64,000 bases of DNA from Deinococcus sp. (GCA_965261005.1 OZ253376.1:192001-256000), one strand, 5' to 3'. Positions 23,657-37,710 are shown, counted from the first letter of the stretch. The notes: generated by a model from the sequence alone, not told the origin. Numbers and translations: made by a program.

Positions 23657-24109
23657 ATGGACGATTTGCTCACCTCCCGTCTTTGCACTGCCCTGATGCG
23701 GATCGGCACCAAGATGGCGACCGGCTTCGACCAACACTTCGCCGTGCTTGGCCTCACGCAAGCGCAGTTTCGTCTTCTGCTCGCCGTGTGGGAGGAGGGC
23801 GGATCAGAAGGGATCGCCCCCTCCGTCCTCGCCGAGCACCTGCTGGTCGAGCGCGCGACCATCTCCGTCCTCTCGACCGTCCTGGTGGACCGTGGCCTGA
23901 TCGAGCGCCGTCCCGGCGAAAACCGCCGCTCCCACAAGCTCGCCCTCACGGCGGGGGGAGGAGACCTGCTTCAACGTGCCGTCCCACGTGCTATCAGCCT
24001 GGCTGACTACACGCTCGCCACCATCGATCCCGCGCAGCTCCTGGCCCTGCGTGAACAGCTCGACCTCATCGAGGCCAGGCTACGCGACTTCACCCCCCCG
24101 GAGGAATAA
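23657..24109 (+). CDS. MarR-family regulator
   Basis: GLTQAQFRLL...LVDRGLIERR...NRRS...LT. Confidence 0.9.
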   Translation: MDDLLTSRLCTALMRIGTKMATGFDQHFAVLGLTQAQFRLLLAVWEEGGSEGIAPSVLAEHLLVERATISVLSTVLVDRGLIERRPGENRRSHKLALTAGGGDLLQRAVPRAISLADYTLATIDPAQLLALREQLDLIEARLRDFTPPEE

Positions 24110-24111
24110 CC

Positions 24112-24642
24112 ATGCCCGAATTGCTGCACACCGTCCTGCGTGCCGCGCACATCCTCTTCGGCATGGGGGGCTTCCTGCTCGGTGCCTTCGCCATCTTCCT
24201 GCCCAAGTTCGGGCGGAACTCGCGCTGGCACCGCCTGGTGGGCCGGGGATACGGGGTCAACATGGTGGGAATGGGCGTCTTGTCCATCCCCCTCTCGGTC
24301 CGACAGGGCGACTGGCTGCTGCTTGTAATCGGGGTGCTGACCCTGTTCTGGGTGGTGGGCGGCTGGTGGGCACTGCGGCGCTTGCTCAGAGCACGGTCTG
24401 CGGGACAACCGGAAGCGGCAAGTCTCTGGCTGGGCCGTCACATCAATCTGATGGGCTCGTCCTACATTGCCGCCTGGACTGCCTTTCTGGTGAACGTCCA
24501 GCCGCTCGGTGGCGGCGCGCTGCTGTTCACCCTGTACATCGCCGTGCCGTCCATCGTCGGTAGCATTGCCATCCGGCAGGCCATCACCCGGCAGGGTCGT
24601 GTGCCCGAGCGGCCATTCACCGTGCTTCAAAAAGGCGGCTGA
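24112..24642 (+). CDS. Membrane protein (DUF2306-like)
   Basis: Several TM helices; H..(V)GR.Y and H...MGSSYIAAWTAF motifs. Confidence 0.7.
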   Translation: MPELLHTVLRAAHILFGMGGFLLGAFAIFLPKFGRNSRWHRLVGRGYGVNMVGMGVLSIPLSVRQGDWLLLVIGVLTLFWVVGGWWALRRLLRARSAGQPEAASLWLGRHINLMGSSYIAAWTAFLVNVQPLGGGALLFTLYIAVPSIVGSIAIRQAITRQGRVPERPFTVLQKGG

Positions 24643-24646
24643 GCAC

Positions 24647-26134
24647 ATGACCGAAGAAACGTTGTCCGTGAACCCAGGCGTTGGCAATTTTCCCCCTGAC
24701 CTGGCCCCTCCCAGGGACACCCGGCGCTGGCTGGCCCTGCTGGTCCTGCTGCTGGCGGGCTTCATGGACCTGCTCGACACCACCATCGTGAACATCGCCC
24801 TTCCTGACATCGGGCGCACGTTGCACGCCAGCAGCGCGGCCCTGCAATGGATCGTCCTGGGCTACACCCTGGCCTTTGGGATGCTGCTGGTGGTTGGTGG
24901 ACGACTGGGAGACCTGTTCGGTCGCCGCCAGGTCTTCGCGCTGGGCGTCGTCGGCTTCACGCTGGCCTCGGCCCTGTGCGGTCTGGCCTCATCAGCGGAC
25001 GTGCTGGTGATCGCGCGTTTGCTCCAGGGAAGCGCCGCCGCACTGATGGTGCCGCAGGTGCTCTCCATCATCCAGGTGTCTTTTTCATCCTCAGAACGTG
25101 CCAAGGCCCTGGGTGCCTACGGCGCGGTCAACGGTCTGGCCGCGGTGGCGGGACCGCTCCTGGGAGGCTGGTTCACCTCGGCGGACTGGCACGGCCTGTC
25201 CTGGCGACCGATCTTCCTGATCAACGTGCCGGTCGGCGCGCTGACCCTGCTGCTCACCTTTCTGCTCATCCGCGAGACCCGGGCGGCACGGGTGACCCGG
25301 CTCGACCTGCCTGGGATGGCCCTCCTCACCCTGGGGTTGCTCGCGCTGCTCGGTCCCCTGGTACAGGGCCGCGAGCTGGGCTGGCCGCTCTGGAGCATTC
25401 TGCTGCCGCTCGCCTCCCTGCTGCTGCTGGCCGCCTTTGTCTGGTGGGAGCGTCGGCAGGAGCGGCTTGGGGGTGACCCGCTACTCCCGCCCTCGCTGTT
25501 CCGGCAACGGGCCTTCACGGCGGGGCTGCTGGTGAATCTGGTGTTCGCGGCAGGAGTGGCGTCCCTCTTCCTGGTGCTGGCCGTCACCTTGCAATCCGGG
25601 TTGGGCTTCACGCCGTGGCAGGCGAGCCTGGTGATCGTGCCGTTCTCGCTGGCCGTCGCGGTGGGCTCGGGGCTGTCGGTGGTGCTGGGGCGGTTCGGAC
25701 GCCTGCCCTTGCAGCTCGGCACGCTGCTGCTGGCGGCGGGGGCATTGGGCCTGCTCCTGGTGCTGAACACCTTTGGCGCCGACCTGAACGCCTGGCGCCT
25801 GACCCTGCCGCTCGCCACCTGCGGACTGGGCATGGGCCTGGTCATCGCGCCCCTGCTGGACGTGATTCTGAGCGGTGTGCCCGGAGAGAGCGCCGGGGCG
25901 GCCTCGGGCGTGCTGGGGGCCGTGGGGCCGCTGGGACAGGCGGTCGGCGTGGCCTCACTCGGCACGTTGTTCTTCGGCGTGCTGGGCACAAGTCTCCGGG
26001 AGCCTAACTTCACGCACGCCCTGGCCGTCACGCTGTGGGCGCAGGTGGCCGTGTTCCTGGTGAGCTTCGCGCTGGTCTTTTTGCTCCCGAAGAGTGTGAA
26101 CCCGGTACCCCTGACCGAAGGAGCCGCACCATGA
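24647..26134 (+). CDS. MFS DHA2 (EmrB/QacA-like) efflux transporter
   Basis: LDTTIVNIALP, GRLGDLFGRR, WRPIFLINVPVG. Confidence 0.93.
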   Translation: MTEETLSVNPGVGNFPPDLAPPRDTRRWLALLVLLLAGFMDLLDTTIVNIALPDIGRTLHASSAALQWIVLGYTLAFGMLLVVGGRLGDLFGRRQVFALGVVGFTLASALCGLASSADVLVIARLLQGSAAALMVPQVLSIIQVSFSSSERAKALGAYGAVNGLAAVAGPLLGGWFTSADWHGLSWRPIFLINVPVGALTLLLTFLLIRETRAARVTRLDLPGMALLTLGLLALLGPLVQGRELGWPLWSILLPLASLLLLAAFVWWERRQERLGGDPLLPPSLFRQRAFTAGLLVNLVFAAGVASLFLVLAVTLQSGLGFTPWQASLVIVPFSLAVAVGSGLSVVLGRFGRLPLQLGTLLLAAGALGLLLVLNTFGADLNAWRLTLPLATCGLGMGLVIAPLLDVILSGVPGESAGAASGVLGAVGPLGQAVGVASLGTLFFGVLGTSLREPNFTHALAVTLWAQVAVFLVSFALVFLLPKSVNPVPLTEGAAP

Positions 26135-26550
26135 AACCAGAGAACCGTCGGCACGCGGGCATCATCCTGCTTGTCCTCCCCACTGTGATCTACGGCGGTG
26201 TCAGCCTCCTGACCCTGCTGACCAGCGGACCCGACTACGCCAGCAATCCCTTACGCCAGGACCTCTGGCGGGCCGGACACGCCCACGCCGCCGTCCTGCT
26301 GATGCTGTCCCTCCTGGCCCTCCTGCTGGCGGAGCACGCCCAGCTTTCAACCTTCTGGGAACGGCTCGCCACGACCCTGATCCCCGCCTCGGCGATCCTT
26401 CTGCCCGCCGCCTTCTTCCTGTCGGTCGCCTCACCCACCGCGACGAAACCCAACGGCCTGATCTCCCTGGCCTACGTCGGCGCTGTTGCGCTCGTGGCTG
26501 GCGTGCTGATCCTGGGCATCGGGCTGATGCGCCGACCGGCGGTGAAGTGA
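26131..26550 (+). CDS. Hypothetical membrane protein
   Basis: Four TM segments, RAGHAHA motif, ATGA coupling. Confidence 0.75.
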   Translation: MKPENRRHAGIILLVLPTVIYGGVSLLTLLTSGPDYASNPLRQDLWRAGHAHAAVLLMLSLLALLLAEHAQLSTFWERLATTLIPASAILLPAAFFLSVASPTATKPNGLISLAYVGAVALVAGVLILGIGLMRRPAVK

Positions 26551-27233
26551 TGAAGGCTCCAGGGAAAATTGCGTTGGGCGTCCTGTTCGCCGGAGTGTTG
26601 GTGCTGGGCGTCGGTGTCTGGCGTGCGGCCCGCCTCGCCGTGACTTATCCGCAGTTCTGGCAGGAGCAGGCGGCCCGGCCGGTGGCCCCGAATGCTCTCC
26701 GTCTGATCGCGCTGGGAGACTCGACAACGCAGGCGATTGGGGCGTCGGAACCGCTCAGGGGCTTTGTCGGTCTCATCGCCGCGCACGTGGCGCGGCAGAC
26801 CGGGCGGCCCATCCACATCAGCAACGTGAGCGTGGGTGGGGCGACGGTGGGCGAGATGCTCCGCAAACAGCTTCCCCGAGTAAACGTAGGGGCGGCGGAC
26901 CTGGTCGTCGTGTCGAGTGCGAACGATCTGGAGCAGCGCGTCCCGCTGGAACAGTATCGGCGGGAGTTGACGGCGCTCCTCGCGGCCCTGCCCGCTACGC
27001 GCACGGTGCTTTCGGACCTTCCACTGGAACCTGGGCGCGGACCCTATCAGGCGGTGTTGGAACAGGTGGCGGACGTGCATGGCGTTGCACGGGCCGACTT
27101 TGCTCAGGTCTTTCGGGAGAAGGGGCGTCGGCTGGACATCTTCTCGCTGCTGTTCCCGCACCTGAACGACCGGGGGTACGGATTGTGGTTCGAGGCCTTT
27201 CGTTCAGAGGTGGACAGGATTGTGCAGGGGTGA
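26547..27233 (+). CDS. SGNH/GDSL hydrolase
   Basis: LGDS, ANDL, HLNDRGY blocks. Confidence 0.85.
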   Translation: MMKAPGKIALGVLFAGVLVLGVGVWRAARLAVTYPQFWQEQAARPVAPNALRLIALGDSTTQAIGASEPLRGFVGLIAAHVARQTGRPIHISNVSVGGATVGEMLRKQLPRVNVGAADLVVVSSANDLEQRVPLEQYRRELTALLAALPATRTVLSDLPLEPGRGPYQAVLEQVADVHGVARADFAQVFREKGRRLDIFSLLFPHLNDRGYGLWFEAFRSEVDRIVQG

Positions 27234-27338
27234 CCTGGCCTCCCGGCACAAGTTTCTGCTCCTACGCCCGTCAGACCTCAACGTTGCGGTCGTTTAGGAT
27301 AATTTGACATAAGTTGCATCTATTGTCACAATGCCTCC

Positions 27339-27902
27339 ATGCCAGCGACCATGACAGAGGACGAAGCTGCCGTCCGGCGCGCGAGAGTTCTGACCGCCGC
27401 GCGCTGGTGCTTCCTGAACTTCGGCTTTACGAAGACGGCGTTCGAGGACATTGCCAAGCGCGCCAACCTCTCGCGGACGCTGCTCTACCGGATCTTCAAA
27501 AACAAGGAGGAGATTTACCGGGCCGTCTTCGTGGACTGGCTGGTCTCCCGGCACCCTGCGGCGAAAGAGGCGGCGAAGGGGCCTGGCAGCCCCTACAAGC
27601 GCCTGCTCAGCGTATGCCGTTTGATGGTGTTCGAACCCTGGGCCGAGATGGTCGGCACGCCCATGGGGGGCGAGTTCCTCGAGGTTTGTGAGCGGATCGA
27701 CCCCGAAACCGAGGCGCTCTACCGCGAGGTCGTGCACGAATGCGTCGCCGCCATCTTGGGCGACGGAGCGAGCGCCGAGGTCTTCCTCCTTGCGTTAGAC
27801 GGGTTGCTCGCGGACCAGCCCTCGGTGGAGGTGCTCGAGCAGCGGACGCAGCTCCTCGCCGCGCGCTTCGCTCCTCGCCCAAAGAAAGGAACGCAATCAT
27901 GA
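27339..27902 (+). CDS. TetR/AcrR regulator
   Basis: DIAKRANLSRTLLYRIFKNKEEI HTH. Confidence 0.9.
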   Translation: MPATMTEDEAAVRRARVLTAARWCFLNFGFTKTAFEDIAKRANLSRTLLYRIFKNKEEIYRAVFVDWLVSRHPAAKEAAKGPGSPYKRLLSVCRLMVFEPWAEMVGTPMGGEFLEVCERIDPETEALYREVVHECVAAILGDGASAEVFLLALDGLLADQPSVEVLEQRTQLLAARFAPRPKKGTQS

Positions 27903-28771
27903 CAGCGTCACCTGAAACCCAAGAGATCGCCATCATCACGGGGGCGTCTAGCGGCATCGGCGCGGCCACGGCGCGCGAACTGGCCCGGCGGGGGTTCCAC
28001 GTCCTCGCGGGTGTTCGGCGTGACCGGGACGCCGACGCCATCCGGGGGCCGGGCGTGGAACCGATGATCCTCGACATCACCAACCCGGACCACATCCGGG
28101 CACTGGCCACTCGGGTGCATGAAGACCCGCAGGGCCGGGCCGTGCGGGCGCTGGTGAACAACGCCGGGGTGTCGCTCATGGGACCGGTTGAGGCCTTTCC
28201 CATCGAGGAGTGGCGCCGCCTGTTCGAGGTGAACTTCTTCGGCCACATTGCCGTGATTCAGACGGTTTTGCCGGACTTGATCCGCAGTGGGGGCCGCGTG
28301 GTCAACATCAGCTCCCTGGGCGGCAAGGTTGCCCTGGCCACCTACGCTCCTTACGCAAGCACGAAGTTCGCGCTTGAGGCGGCCAGTGACGCCCTGCGCC
28401 GCGAAATCGCCCCGTCCGGCGTCAAGGTTGTCGTGGTCGAACTGGCCGCCGTGCAGACGAGAATTTTTGACCGGGCGATCAGCACTGCCCATGCCCTGGC
28501 GAGGGCCATGACGCCTGACCAACGCCAGCGTTATGGCGGTCTTATGAATGCGGTCACCGCTCAAGCTGCGGCTGGCAGGGACGCGGGCGTCTCCGCTGAC
28601 GCCGCCGCCAGGGTCATCGCCGGGGCCGTGACGGCGCGCACACCGCGCACCCGCTATACCGTCGGCCGCGAGGCCGCCCTGCTGCCCCTGCTCACGGTTC
28701 TGCCCGACCGAATGCTCGACCGCATCTTGACCGCCGCTCTGCGTTCCTACTTTCCCAAGCAGGGCAAGTGA
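27899..28771 (+). CDS. SDR oxidoreductase
   Basis: TGASSGIG, NNAG, YASTK. Confidence 0.92.
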   Translation: MTASPETQEIAIITGASSGIGAATARELARRGFHVLAGVRRDRDADAIRGPGVEPMILDITNPDHIRALATRVHEDPQGRAVRALVNNAGVSLMGPVEAFPIEEWRRLFEVNFFGHIAVIQTVLPDLIRSGGRVVNISSLGGKVALATYAPYASTKFALEAASDALRREIAPSGVKVVVVELAAVQTRIFDRAISTAHALARAMTPDQRQRYGGLMNAVTAQAAAGRDAGVSADAAARVIAGAVTARTPRTRYTVGREAALLPLLTVLPDRMLDRILTAALRSYFPKQGK

Positions 28772-28827
28772 GCTTGCCGGTTTTATCGACGGACGGCGCT
28801 CCCTGCAGTTCGGCACGACATCCCGCT

Positions 28828-29352
28828 TCAGGCCGTGCGGTAGCGCTGAGCGAGCTGCGGGGCCTGCGCGGCGAAGACGGCGAGGTCGGCGCCGAACACC
28901 GCGTCCAGCAACTCTGAGCGCTCGACGCCGGGCGCGCAGACGACCTCGCCCAGGGCCAGGCCCCGCAGGCTAGCGCTCACCACGTCCTCTGCGGACATGC
29001 GGGGCACCGCGCTGAGGTCCATGCCCTGACGCTCGTGAAACTCGGTCGCGACGACTCCCGGGCAAAGCACCTGGATTCGCAGGCCCTGAGACTTCAGCTC
29101 CTGGTGTAGCGCCTGCGACAGCGCGACGAGGTGGGCCAGCGTCGCGACGTACGTCGCCCGGCCCTGAGCCGGCGCCGGCCCGCTGAACGCCAGCATGCCC
29201 GCCACGTTGATAATAGTGCCCTCGCCCCTGGCGACCATGCCGGGGGCGGCGGCCCGGGTCAGCAGCGTCGGCGCGGCGACGGCCCACCACCACCAGGTCG
29301 TACCCCCTGGCACCGAGCCGCCGGGCAAAGGCCCGCTCGATGCCAGAGGACG
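28828..29352 (-). pseudogene. SDR pseudogene with internal deletion
   Basis: ASSGIERAFARRLGARGYDLVVVGRR jumps frame directly to APTLLTRAA...CPGVVATEFH. Confidence 0.75.
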
Positions 29353-29464
29353 CGGGGTCAGACGGCAGGGTTGTGGCACCTTGACCCGAGCGGGGTCGAT
29401 TTCTACAACGGGCGGTCTGAACCTCAGGCCGTCGGACGAACCGCCTCCTGCCAAATCTGCAACG

Positions 29465-29590
29465 CTACGGACGCCCATGAGAACACCTGCCCGCCTCCAC
29501 CAGCAAGTCGATCAGCGGTGGCGGTCTGTCGGGGGTCACGGTGAAGACGTTGATGAGCGTGAACACGTCGCCTTGCTTGATCGTGGCCAT
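29465..29590 (-). pseudogene. Antibiotic-biosynthesis-monooxygenase-like N-terminal fragment
   Basis: MATIKQGDVFTLINVFTVTPD...LIDLL followed by a stop. Confidence 0.55.
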
Positions 29591-29741
29591 GACTACTCGA
29601 CTTCAAACGATACCCAGGCGGCGTGCCCGATATGGGAAGAAGGAGCCGCCGTGGCCCCTCGCGCTGAGTACCGCTCACGTTTTGCGGTGGTCGGAGGAGA
29701 GCGCAACCTGCGGGGGCCGGTCACGCCCGGCCCCCACCCGG

Positions 29742-30218
29742 TCAGCCGCCGATCAATTGCTCGGACAGGGCCGTGTACTGCTGATCTTGCTGTTTGATGC
29801 CGTCGAGCAGTTGCTGCAACATGTCGGCGCTGTCATTTTCGCCAATGGCCTGCGCGTAGGTGCGCAGCGTGCCCAGGGACGCGATGTAGTAGTGAAACGA
29901 AATCTGCGCCGAGGCGATGATGCCGAGGTCGCGGGCCAGCGGGTCCTGGTTGCGTTCGCGAATGTTCTTGGCCGTGGCGATCATGCCGTCGATGGTCGCG
30001 TTCTCGATCTTCTCGGGCTGTGCCCCGGACGCCGCGAAGACTTGCAGGAGCGTTTGCTTTTGCTGCTGGGCCGATTGGGAACCTTGCGACAGTTGGGTCT
30101 TGAGCCGCTGGTCGGTCGCGGCGGCGCTGATCTCGTCGGCAGTCTGCGCGCCCTTGTCGTAGGCGTCATGCACGGCTTGCAGTCCCTGGACGTACAGTTC
30201 CTTGATGTTGTCGTTCAT
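29742..30218 (-). CDS. DUF892 (YciE/YciF) ferritin-like protein
   Basis: ELYV.GLQ...RDLGIIASAQ..HYYIAS.GTL..YA..IG. Confidence 0.8.
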   Translation of the reverse strand: MNDNIKELYVQGLQAVHDAYDKGAQTADEISAAATDQRLKTQLSQGSQSAQQQKQTLLQVFAASGAQPEKIENATIDGMIATAKNIRERNQDPLARDLGIIASAQISFHYYIASLGTLRTYAQAIGENDSADMLQQLLDGIKQQDQQYTALSEQLIGG

Positions 30219-30459
30219 TTTAATTCTCCTGTGTTGACTGGCTTTTGTGGGTTGGACGGGTCAGCGCACGAGGCCCAAGACAGCCGCTCCGGGCATCGAG
30301 CGATGAGAACGGCGGGAATTGATGGTGGATGGGCGGCACTTGGCCAGGCGGCGTCGGTCTACCTTCAAACGCTGCACACGTCATCCACGACCACCAAGCA
30401 AAACAGATGTGACGCCACGTCAAGCTGTCCGCTGGGCAACAAGAACTTCCGCAACCGGG

Positions 30460-30957
30460 TTACATCTGCATCTCCTTTCGGTCGACCTCCTCATTAACCG
30501 CGCTGAGCACGTTCGCCAGGAACGCGTCCATTTGGGTCAGCACTTCGAGGGCCGCCGCGATGCGCTCGGTGCCGAGGGCCGCCACAAGCTCGCGCGCCCA
30601 GGGTCTCCAGCGGTCTCCGGCGGCGCTCGCGGCGGCCCTACCTGCGGGCGTGAGGACGACGAGCTTGGCGCGTTGGTGGTGCGGATTGGGTTCAAAACGC
30701 ACCAGATCCCGCTTCGCCAGCAAATCGACGACGCGCTGCACCGCTTGCCGCGACAGCCCCATGTTGCGCGCGATGTGCGCCACGGGCAGGGGCGCGGGCG
30801 AAAGGTCGAGCGCCCCAAGCACCTGCCACCATGCCGTGGTCAGCCCGATGTCCATGACCAGTTGATTGCCCACCTCAATCAAGCGTCCGTTGAGCCGGAA
30901 CACCGCGAGGGTCAGGTCGCTCACAACGTCATCCCCGTTGACGTCTCGACTGGTCAC
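30460..30957 (-). CDS. MarR-family regulator
   Basis: WQVLGAL...IARNMGLSRQAVQR...NPHHQRAKLV.LT. Confidence 0.88.
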   Translation of the reverse strand: MTSRDVNGDDVVSDLTLAVFRLNGRLIEVGNQLVMDIGLTTAWWQVLGALDLSPAPLPVAHIARNMGLSRQAVQRVVDLLAKRDLVRFEPNPHHQRAKLVVLTPAGRAAASAAGDRWRPWARELVAALGTERIAAALEVLTQMDAFLANVLSAVNEEVDRKEMQM

Positions 30958-31239
30958 GACAATAGATTGTCATTTGGTCATGATGTTGTCATTAAATTGC
31001 GCTCAACGGCAGTCAACATCCTCCACAGCTTGTCAGTATGGATGGTTTCCGGCACGTCGTATCCCCCCAGCAGGCGCTAAAAGAGCGATTCGGCGGCCTC
31101 GGTGTCGCGGTGTTCTGAAGGACAACTTCCAGCACGGCACCGTGTTCATCCACGGCCCGCCAGCGGCCAAGCTCGGGAGGTGCCGTCTTGGCTAAGACAC
31201 AGCCACTGTTTGACCCCGCCCACCTCTATACACATCTCG

Positions 31240-31509
31240 TCATAGCGGCGTCCGGGAACTTCAGGGTTTCGCCATCGGGATCGGTCGCGATTACGACGCG
31301 ATTCTGAGGGAGGTGGATACGCCGTTCAGCAATGGTCAGGTAGAAGGTCAGGTGAACCGGCTGAAGACGCTGAAACGCGGCAAGATAAGCGCCGGGTCGC
31401 CCCGGCGCGTCGGTGCCACGTACGGTCAGTCAGGTCTGGAACTGCTCCGAGCACGGGCGCTGTATCGAGCCAGCGTGCCTGAAACCCAATCATCAAGATC
31501 TGCGGAGCC
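31240..31509 (+). pseudogene. ISL3-family transposase C-terminal remnant
   Basis: FA.GI.RDYDA...SNGQVEGQVNRLKTLKR..YG....LLRAR. Confidence 0.8.
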
Positions 31510-31705
31510 TCTCTTTTTTATAGCGCCATCGATACTGGAACGCAGTTCTTTTGGTTTCAAAATCAACTATGGGGCAAAAAGCACGTTTTAGACAGCCTTT
31601 TCCAAACTGCAAAATGTCAGACAACCGTGTCGACGAAAGCGGGGCAAGCTCAGCGGCGTGCTGGGAACGACCCTTATGGACTCCCTTTTCATTTCACCGG
31701 TGCCG

Positions 31706-32275
31706 TCAGCCGAGAACTTCTGTCCAGAAAGTAACGCTGGCCCGTTCGTATAGCAGGCCCATGCGCAGGGGTTCCCGTTCAGGATGGTCATGGGACACGC
31801 GAGCAATCAGTCGCTCGTACTCGTGCAGCCGCTCTTGGTGAAGCGCCAGCTGCTCCGCCGCCAGACGGGCCAGGCCCTGCGCGGTTCCTTGCTCACTAAA
31901 AAACAGCTTGAGCAGGCCCGGATCGCGCAGTTCGGGAAACCCGGCGGGGTGCGTCAGCCATTCAGTGAGCCTCAAGCGCCCAGCAGGCGTGATGGTGTAG
32001 GTGCGTCGGCGCCGCCCATGATCCTCCTGCGTCTCTGCCAGCAGGCCCAGCGTGGTCAGTCGTTGCGGCTCGGCGTAGAGCTGAGAGCGCGGGAAGGTCC
32101 AAAAGTAGCCCACAGATTCATCGGCCCAGCGCTTGAGGTCGTAAGACGTCCCGGGACCGTGCTGGCCCAGCAGTCCCAGCACGATGTAGGCCGAGGGGCC
32201 AAGGGCGGTTTCTGGAGCGGCGTCGGCACTTGTACTCGTCACACCTACAGTATATGCTTGGCTCAGACCATTCAA
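31706..32275 (-). CDS. PadR-family regulator
   Basis: SYDLKR...GYFW...SQLYAE, RRTYTITPAG, LLKLFF. Confidence 0.88.
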   Translation of the reverse strand: MNGLSQAYTVGVTSTSADAAPETALGPSAYIVLGLLGQHGPGTSYDLKRWADESVGYFWTFPRSQLYAEPQRLTTLGLLAETQEDHGRRRRTYTITPAGRLRLTEWLTHPAGFPELRDPGLLKLFFSEQGTAQGLARLAAEQLALHQERLHEYERLIARVSHDHPEREPLRMGLLYERASVTFWTEVLG

Positions 32276-32322
32276 GTCGGACCATCTAAGTGAAACGGTG
32301 AGTATGATTGAGGAGGATGGCT

Positions 32323-32510
32323 ATGGACGTACCCCTGATCCGGCAAGCTGGCGAAATCGAGGGTGACTTCGTCGTGTTTATGATCGGCATGCGGATCAAT
32401 ATCCTCTGGAAGGTGGGTACCTGGCTGCCCGTCGTGCGGGCCATGCCGAGGATGCTCCGCGAACTGGCCCGGCATCCCGAGTGGGCGTGTGTCAACATGC
32501 CCGCCCACCG
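32323..32510 (+). pseudogene. DUF4188-family fragment
   Basis: [14 protein letters not shown]...MPRMLREL then abrupt truncation. Confidence 0.65.
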
Positions 32511-32681
32511 ACTGCGGCAGGGCGGACCTCGCATCAGTGGGGCAGTGCAGAAGTGGGTGGTGTCGTCTGAAACAACATGCCGTGGACTGAACAGAGTCGC
32601 ATTCCTAAAAGTCCACCCGACGCACCCAACCAGCCTCGGCATGGATATGGATTGGCCTCAGCAGAGAGGAAGAAGACAGCT

Positions 32682-33650
32682 ATGGAAACCATGCAAGCAG
32701 CTCAATTTGATAGGTATGGTCCGCCAGAGGTGCTGAAGATTAACACGGTGTCCCGGCCCGTTCCGCGGCCAGGAGAGGTTCTGGTGCAGATCCGCGCGGC
32801 CAGTGTCAATCCGCACGACGTGATCGTCCGCTCGGGGGGACTGAGGCTGGTGACCGGACGGCGCTTTCCGCTGGGAACCGGGCTGGACTTCGCGGGTGAG
32901 ATCGTCGGGCTTGGCGCTGGCGTCACCGGTTTCACGGTGGGCGACCGGGTCTGGGGCATGGTCTCGGCGCAACGGTCCCATACCACCGGCAGCGCGGCTG
33001 AATTCGTTGTCTTGCCGGTCGACCGGATTGCGGCCCTTCCTCCAGGCCTGGACTTCGTAGAAGCCGCCGCGCTGGTCGTGGTGGGAACCACCGCGCTCAG
33101 AGGACTGCGCGACGCCTGCGACCTTCGGGCTGGGGAGCGGGTGCTGATTCGTGGTGCCGCTGGCGGTGTCGGCACCCTGGCCGTGCAACTCGCGCGGTCG
33201 CTGGGCGCCCACGTGACCACACTGTCCAGCGCCCGCGACCTGGACTTCGTGCGATCGCTCGGGGCAGATCAGACGCTCGACTACCAGACGACCACGGCTG
33301 AAAAGCTTCCCGCCTTCGACGTGGTGTTCGACGCGGTGGGCACGGATCTCGAACGGTTCCGGCGACGGCTTGCGCCGGGCGGACGGATGGTGACCGTGGC
33401 CTTCGGGTCTCCAGCGGCGTTTCGAGCGATCGTGGTTTCGACAGTCTTCGGGCTGCGCCGCATCCGGTCGTTCAGCGGCGATCCCAAACATGACCTCTTG
33501 ACCGACCTCGCCGGGTACGTGGTGGCGGGCGCAATTCGACCGGTCATCGACCGCGTTTATAAGCTGGACGACATCGTCGGCGCGCACCGGTCACAAGAGG
33601 CTGGAGGTCGACATGGAAAGCGGGTCCTCAGCCTTGCCCACGGAAGGTGA
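32682..33650 (+). CDS. NADPH:quinone reductase-like MDR oxidoreductase
   Basis: YGPPEVL, ASVNPHD, GLDFAG, GAAGGVG, PVIDRVY. Confidence 0.92.
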   Translation: METMQAAQFDRYGPPEVLKINTVSRPVPRPGEVLVQIRAASVNPHDVIVRSGGLRLVTGRRFPLGTGLDFAGEIVGLGAGVTGFTVGDRVWGMVSAQRSHTTGSAAEFVVLPVDRIAALPPGLDFVEAAALVVVGTTALRGLRDACDLRAGERVLIRGAAGGVGTLAVQLARSLGAHVTTLSSARDLDFVRSLGADQTLDYQTTTAEKLPAFDVVFDAVGTDLERFRRRLAPGGRMVTVAFGSPAAFRAIVVSTVFGLRRIRSFSGDPKHDLLTDLAGYVVAGAIRPVIDRVYKLDDIVGAHRSQEAGGRHGKRVLSLAHGR

Positions 33651-33660
33651 GTGGGGAGTG

Positions 33661-34784
<1,124 letters not shown>

Positions 34785-34995
34785 GGTCTGGAGGTCAACA
34801 ATTATCACGTCACAACGTGGACTGTTCGACTGCCGAGTGGACGCGTTAAGCCTGCTGACGTTGAGGGCGGACTACCCCGTCTTCGAGGAGGCTATGCGCG
34901 CAGCGAGGCGCCCAGCGCCCACCAATCTCTTTTCGGCGGCGGAAAGCCTTACGAGTGATAACAAGTGAGGGTCTTGTAAGAGCGTGAGGTTCATC

Positions 34996-35424
34996 ATGCC
35001 TTCGGTCATGCCGACATCACTCAAGCGCCTCCTCTTCCTGCTCGCGCTGCCCTCCAGCGCCCTCGCTGCCCCCGTCACGCCCATCGACTGCGTCGCGCTG
35101 ATGGGCGTCCCGGAACCCGGCTTCTACCGCGACAGCTGTACCTTCGACTTCGCCCGGCCGGACCACCCAAGCCAGGTGATCGTGCGCGCCTCTGTTCAAG
35201 GCCAGTTGGTCAAGCGCTGGTCGCCGTCAAGTTATGCCCTCAGCCGGCAAGGCGGCGTCACCTTCAGCCTGACCCCCCTCAACCACACGTTGGCCGGGCG
35301 GCGCGTCAAGCGGGACGCCCGCGTGGACCTGCGCATATGGCTGGTCTTCGCGAACGGCGCACGGCGCGAGTTCGTGGACGATGGGGCGACGGTCGTCGAA
35401 TACCTGCCACAAGGCCAAAGGTGA
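34996..35424 (+). CDS. Hypothetical secreted protein
   Basis: KRLLFLLALPSSALA signal peptide. Confidence 0.65.
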   Translation: MPSVMPTSLKRLLFLLALPSSALAAPVTPIDCVALMGVPEPGFYRDSCTFDFARPDHPSQVIVRASVQGQLVKRWSPSSYALSRQGGVTFSLTPLNHTLAGRRVKRDARVDLRIWLVFANGARREFVDDGATVVEYLPQGQR

Positions 35425-35440
35425 CGAGAACTGAGCACAC

Positions 35441-35472
35441 AAAAAAGCGCGCGGACCCGAAGTCCACGCGCC
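35441..35472 (-). terminator. Intrinsic terminator downstream of the peptide gene
   Basis: Minus strand GCGCGTGGAC-TTCGG-GTCCGCGCGC-TTTTTT. Confidence 0.75.
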
Positions 35473-35624
35473 CAAGTGCCTTGCCTACATCGTGCCGAAG
35501 TTGGCCGGCAGGTGCGAGGCCGCCGGCACATCGCCGCGCTGCGAGGGCGGCTGCGGCAGGCGGACCTCCTGTCGCGGCGCCCGCCGATCGCGCTCCCCAG
35601 CGGGACGGGGCGCGGGCAAGGTCA

Positions 35625-35774
35625 TCACATGCTCCCGAAGTCGCGCGCGCTGCCCTGCGGCTTGACCTTCATGATCCCGAAATCAGAGGCGCTCCCGGCC
35701 GAGGCCAGACCTGCCACGCCCAACACGACGCTCAACATCACGGCTACCAACTTGACCCCGCTCGGCTTTTTCAT
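35625..35774 (-). CDS. 49-aa secreted peptide with a repeated motif (putative signalling propeptide)
   Basis: MKKPSGVKLVAVMLSVVLGVAGLASA|GSASDFGIMKVKPQGSARDFGSM; TAGATT -10 six nt before the ATG. Below the ORF-track cutoff. Confidence 0.75.
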   Translation of the reverse strand: MKKPSGVKLVAVMLSVVLGVAGLASAGSASDFGIMKVKPQGSARDFGSM

Positions 35775-35791
35775 AGTGCTAATCTAAGGGT
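35775..35791. promoter_or_regulatory. Overlapping divergent leaderless promoters
   Basis: TAATCT (+, 35780-35785) and TAGATT (-, 35786-35781), each exactly 6 nt from an ATG. Confidence 0.7.
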
Positions 35792-37696
<1,905 letters not shown>

Positions 37697-37710
37697 ATAT
37701 CGGGCGGTTG

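Noticed and set aside
31085..31200. Possible additional IS fragment
   Set aside because: Too short and degraded to assign.
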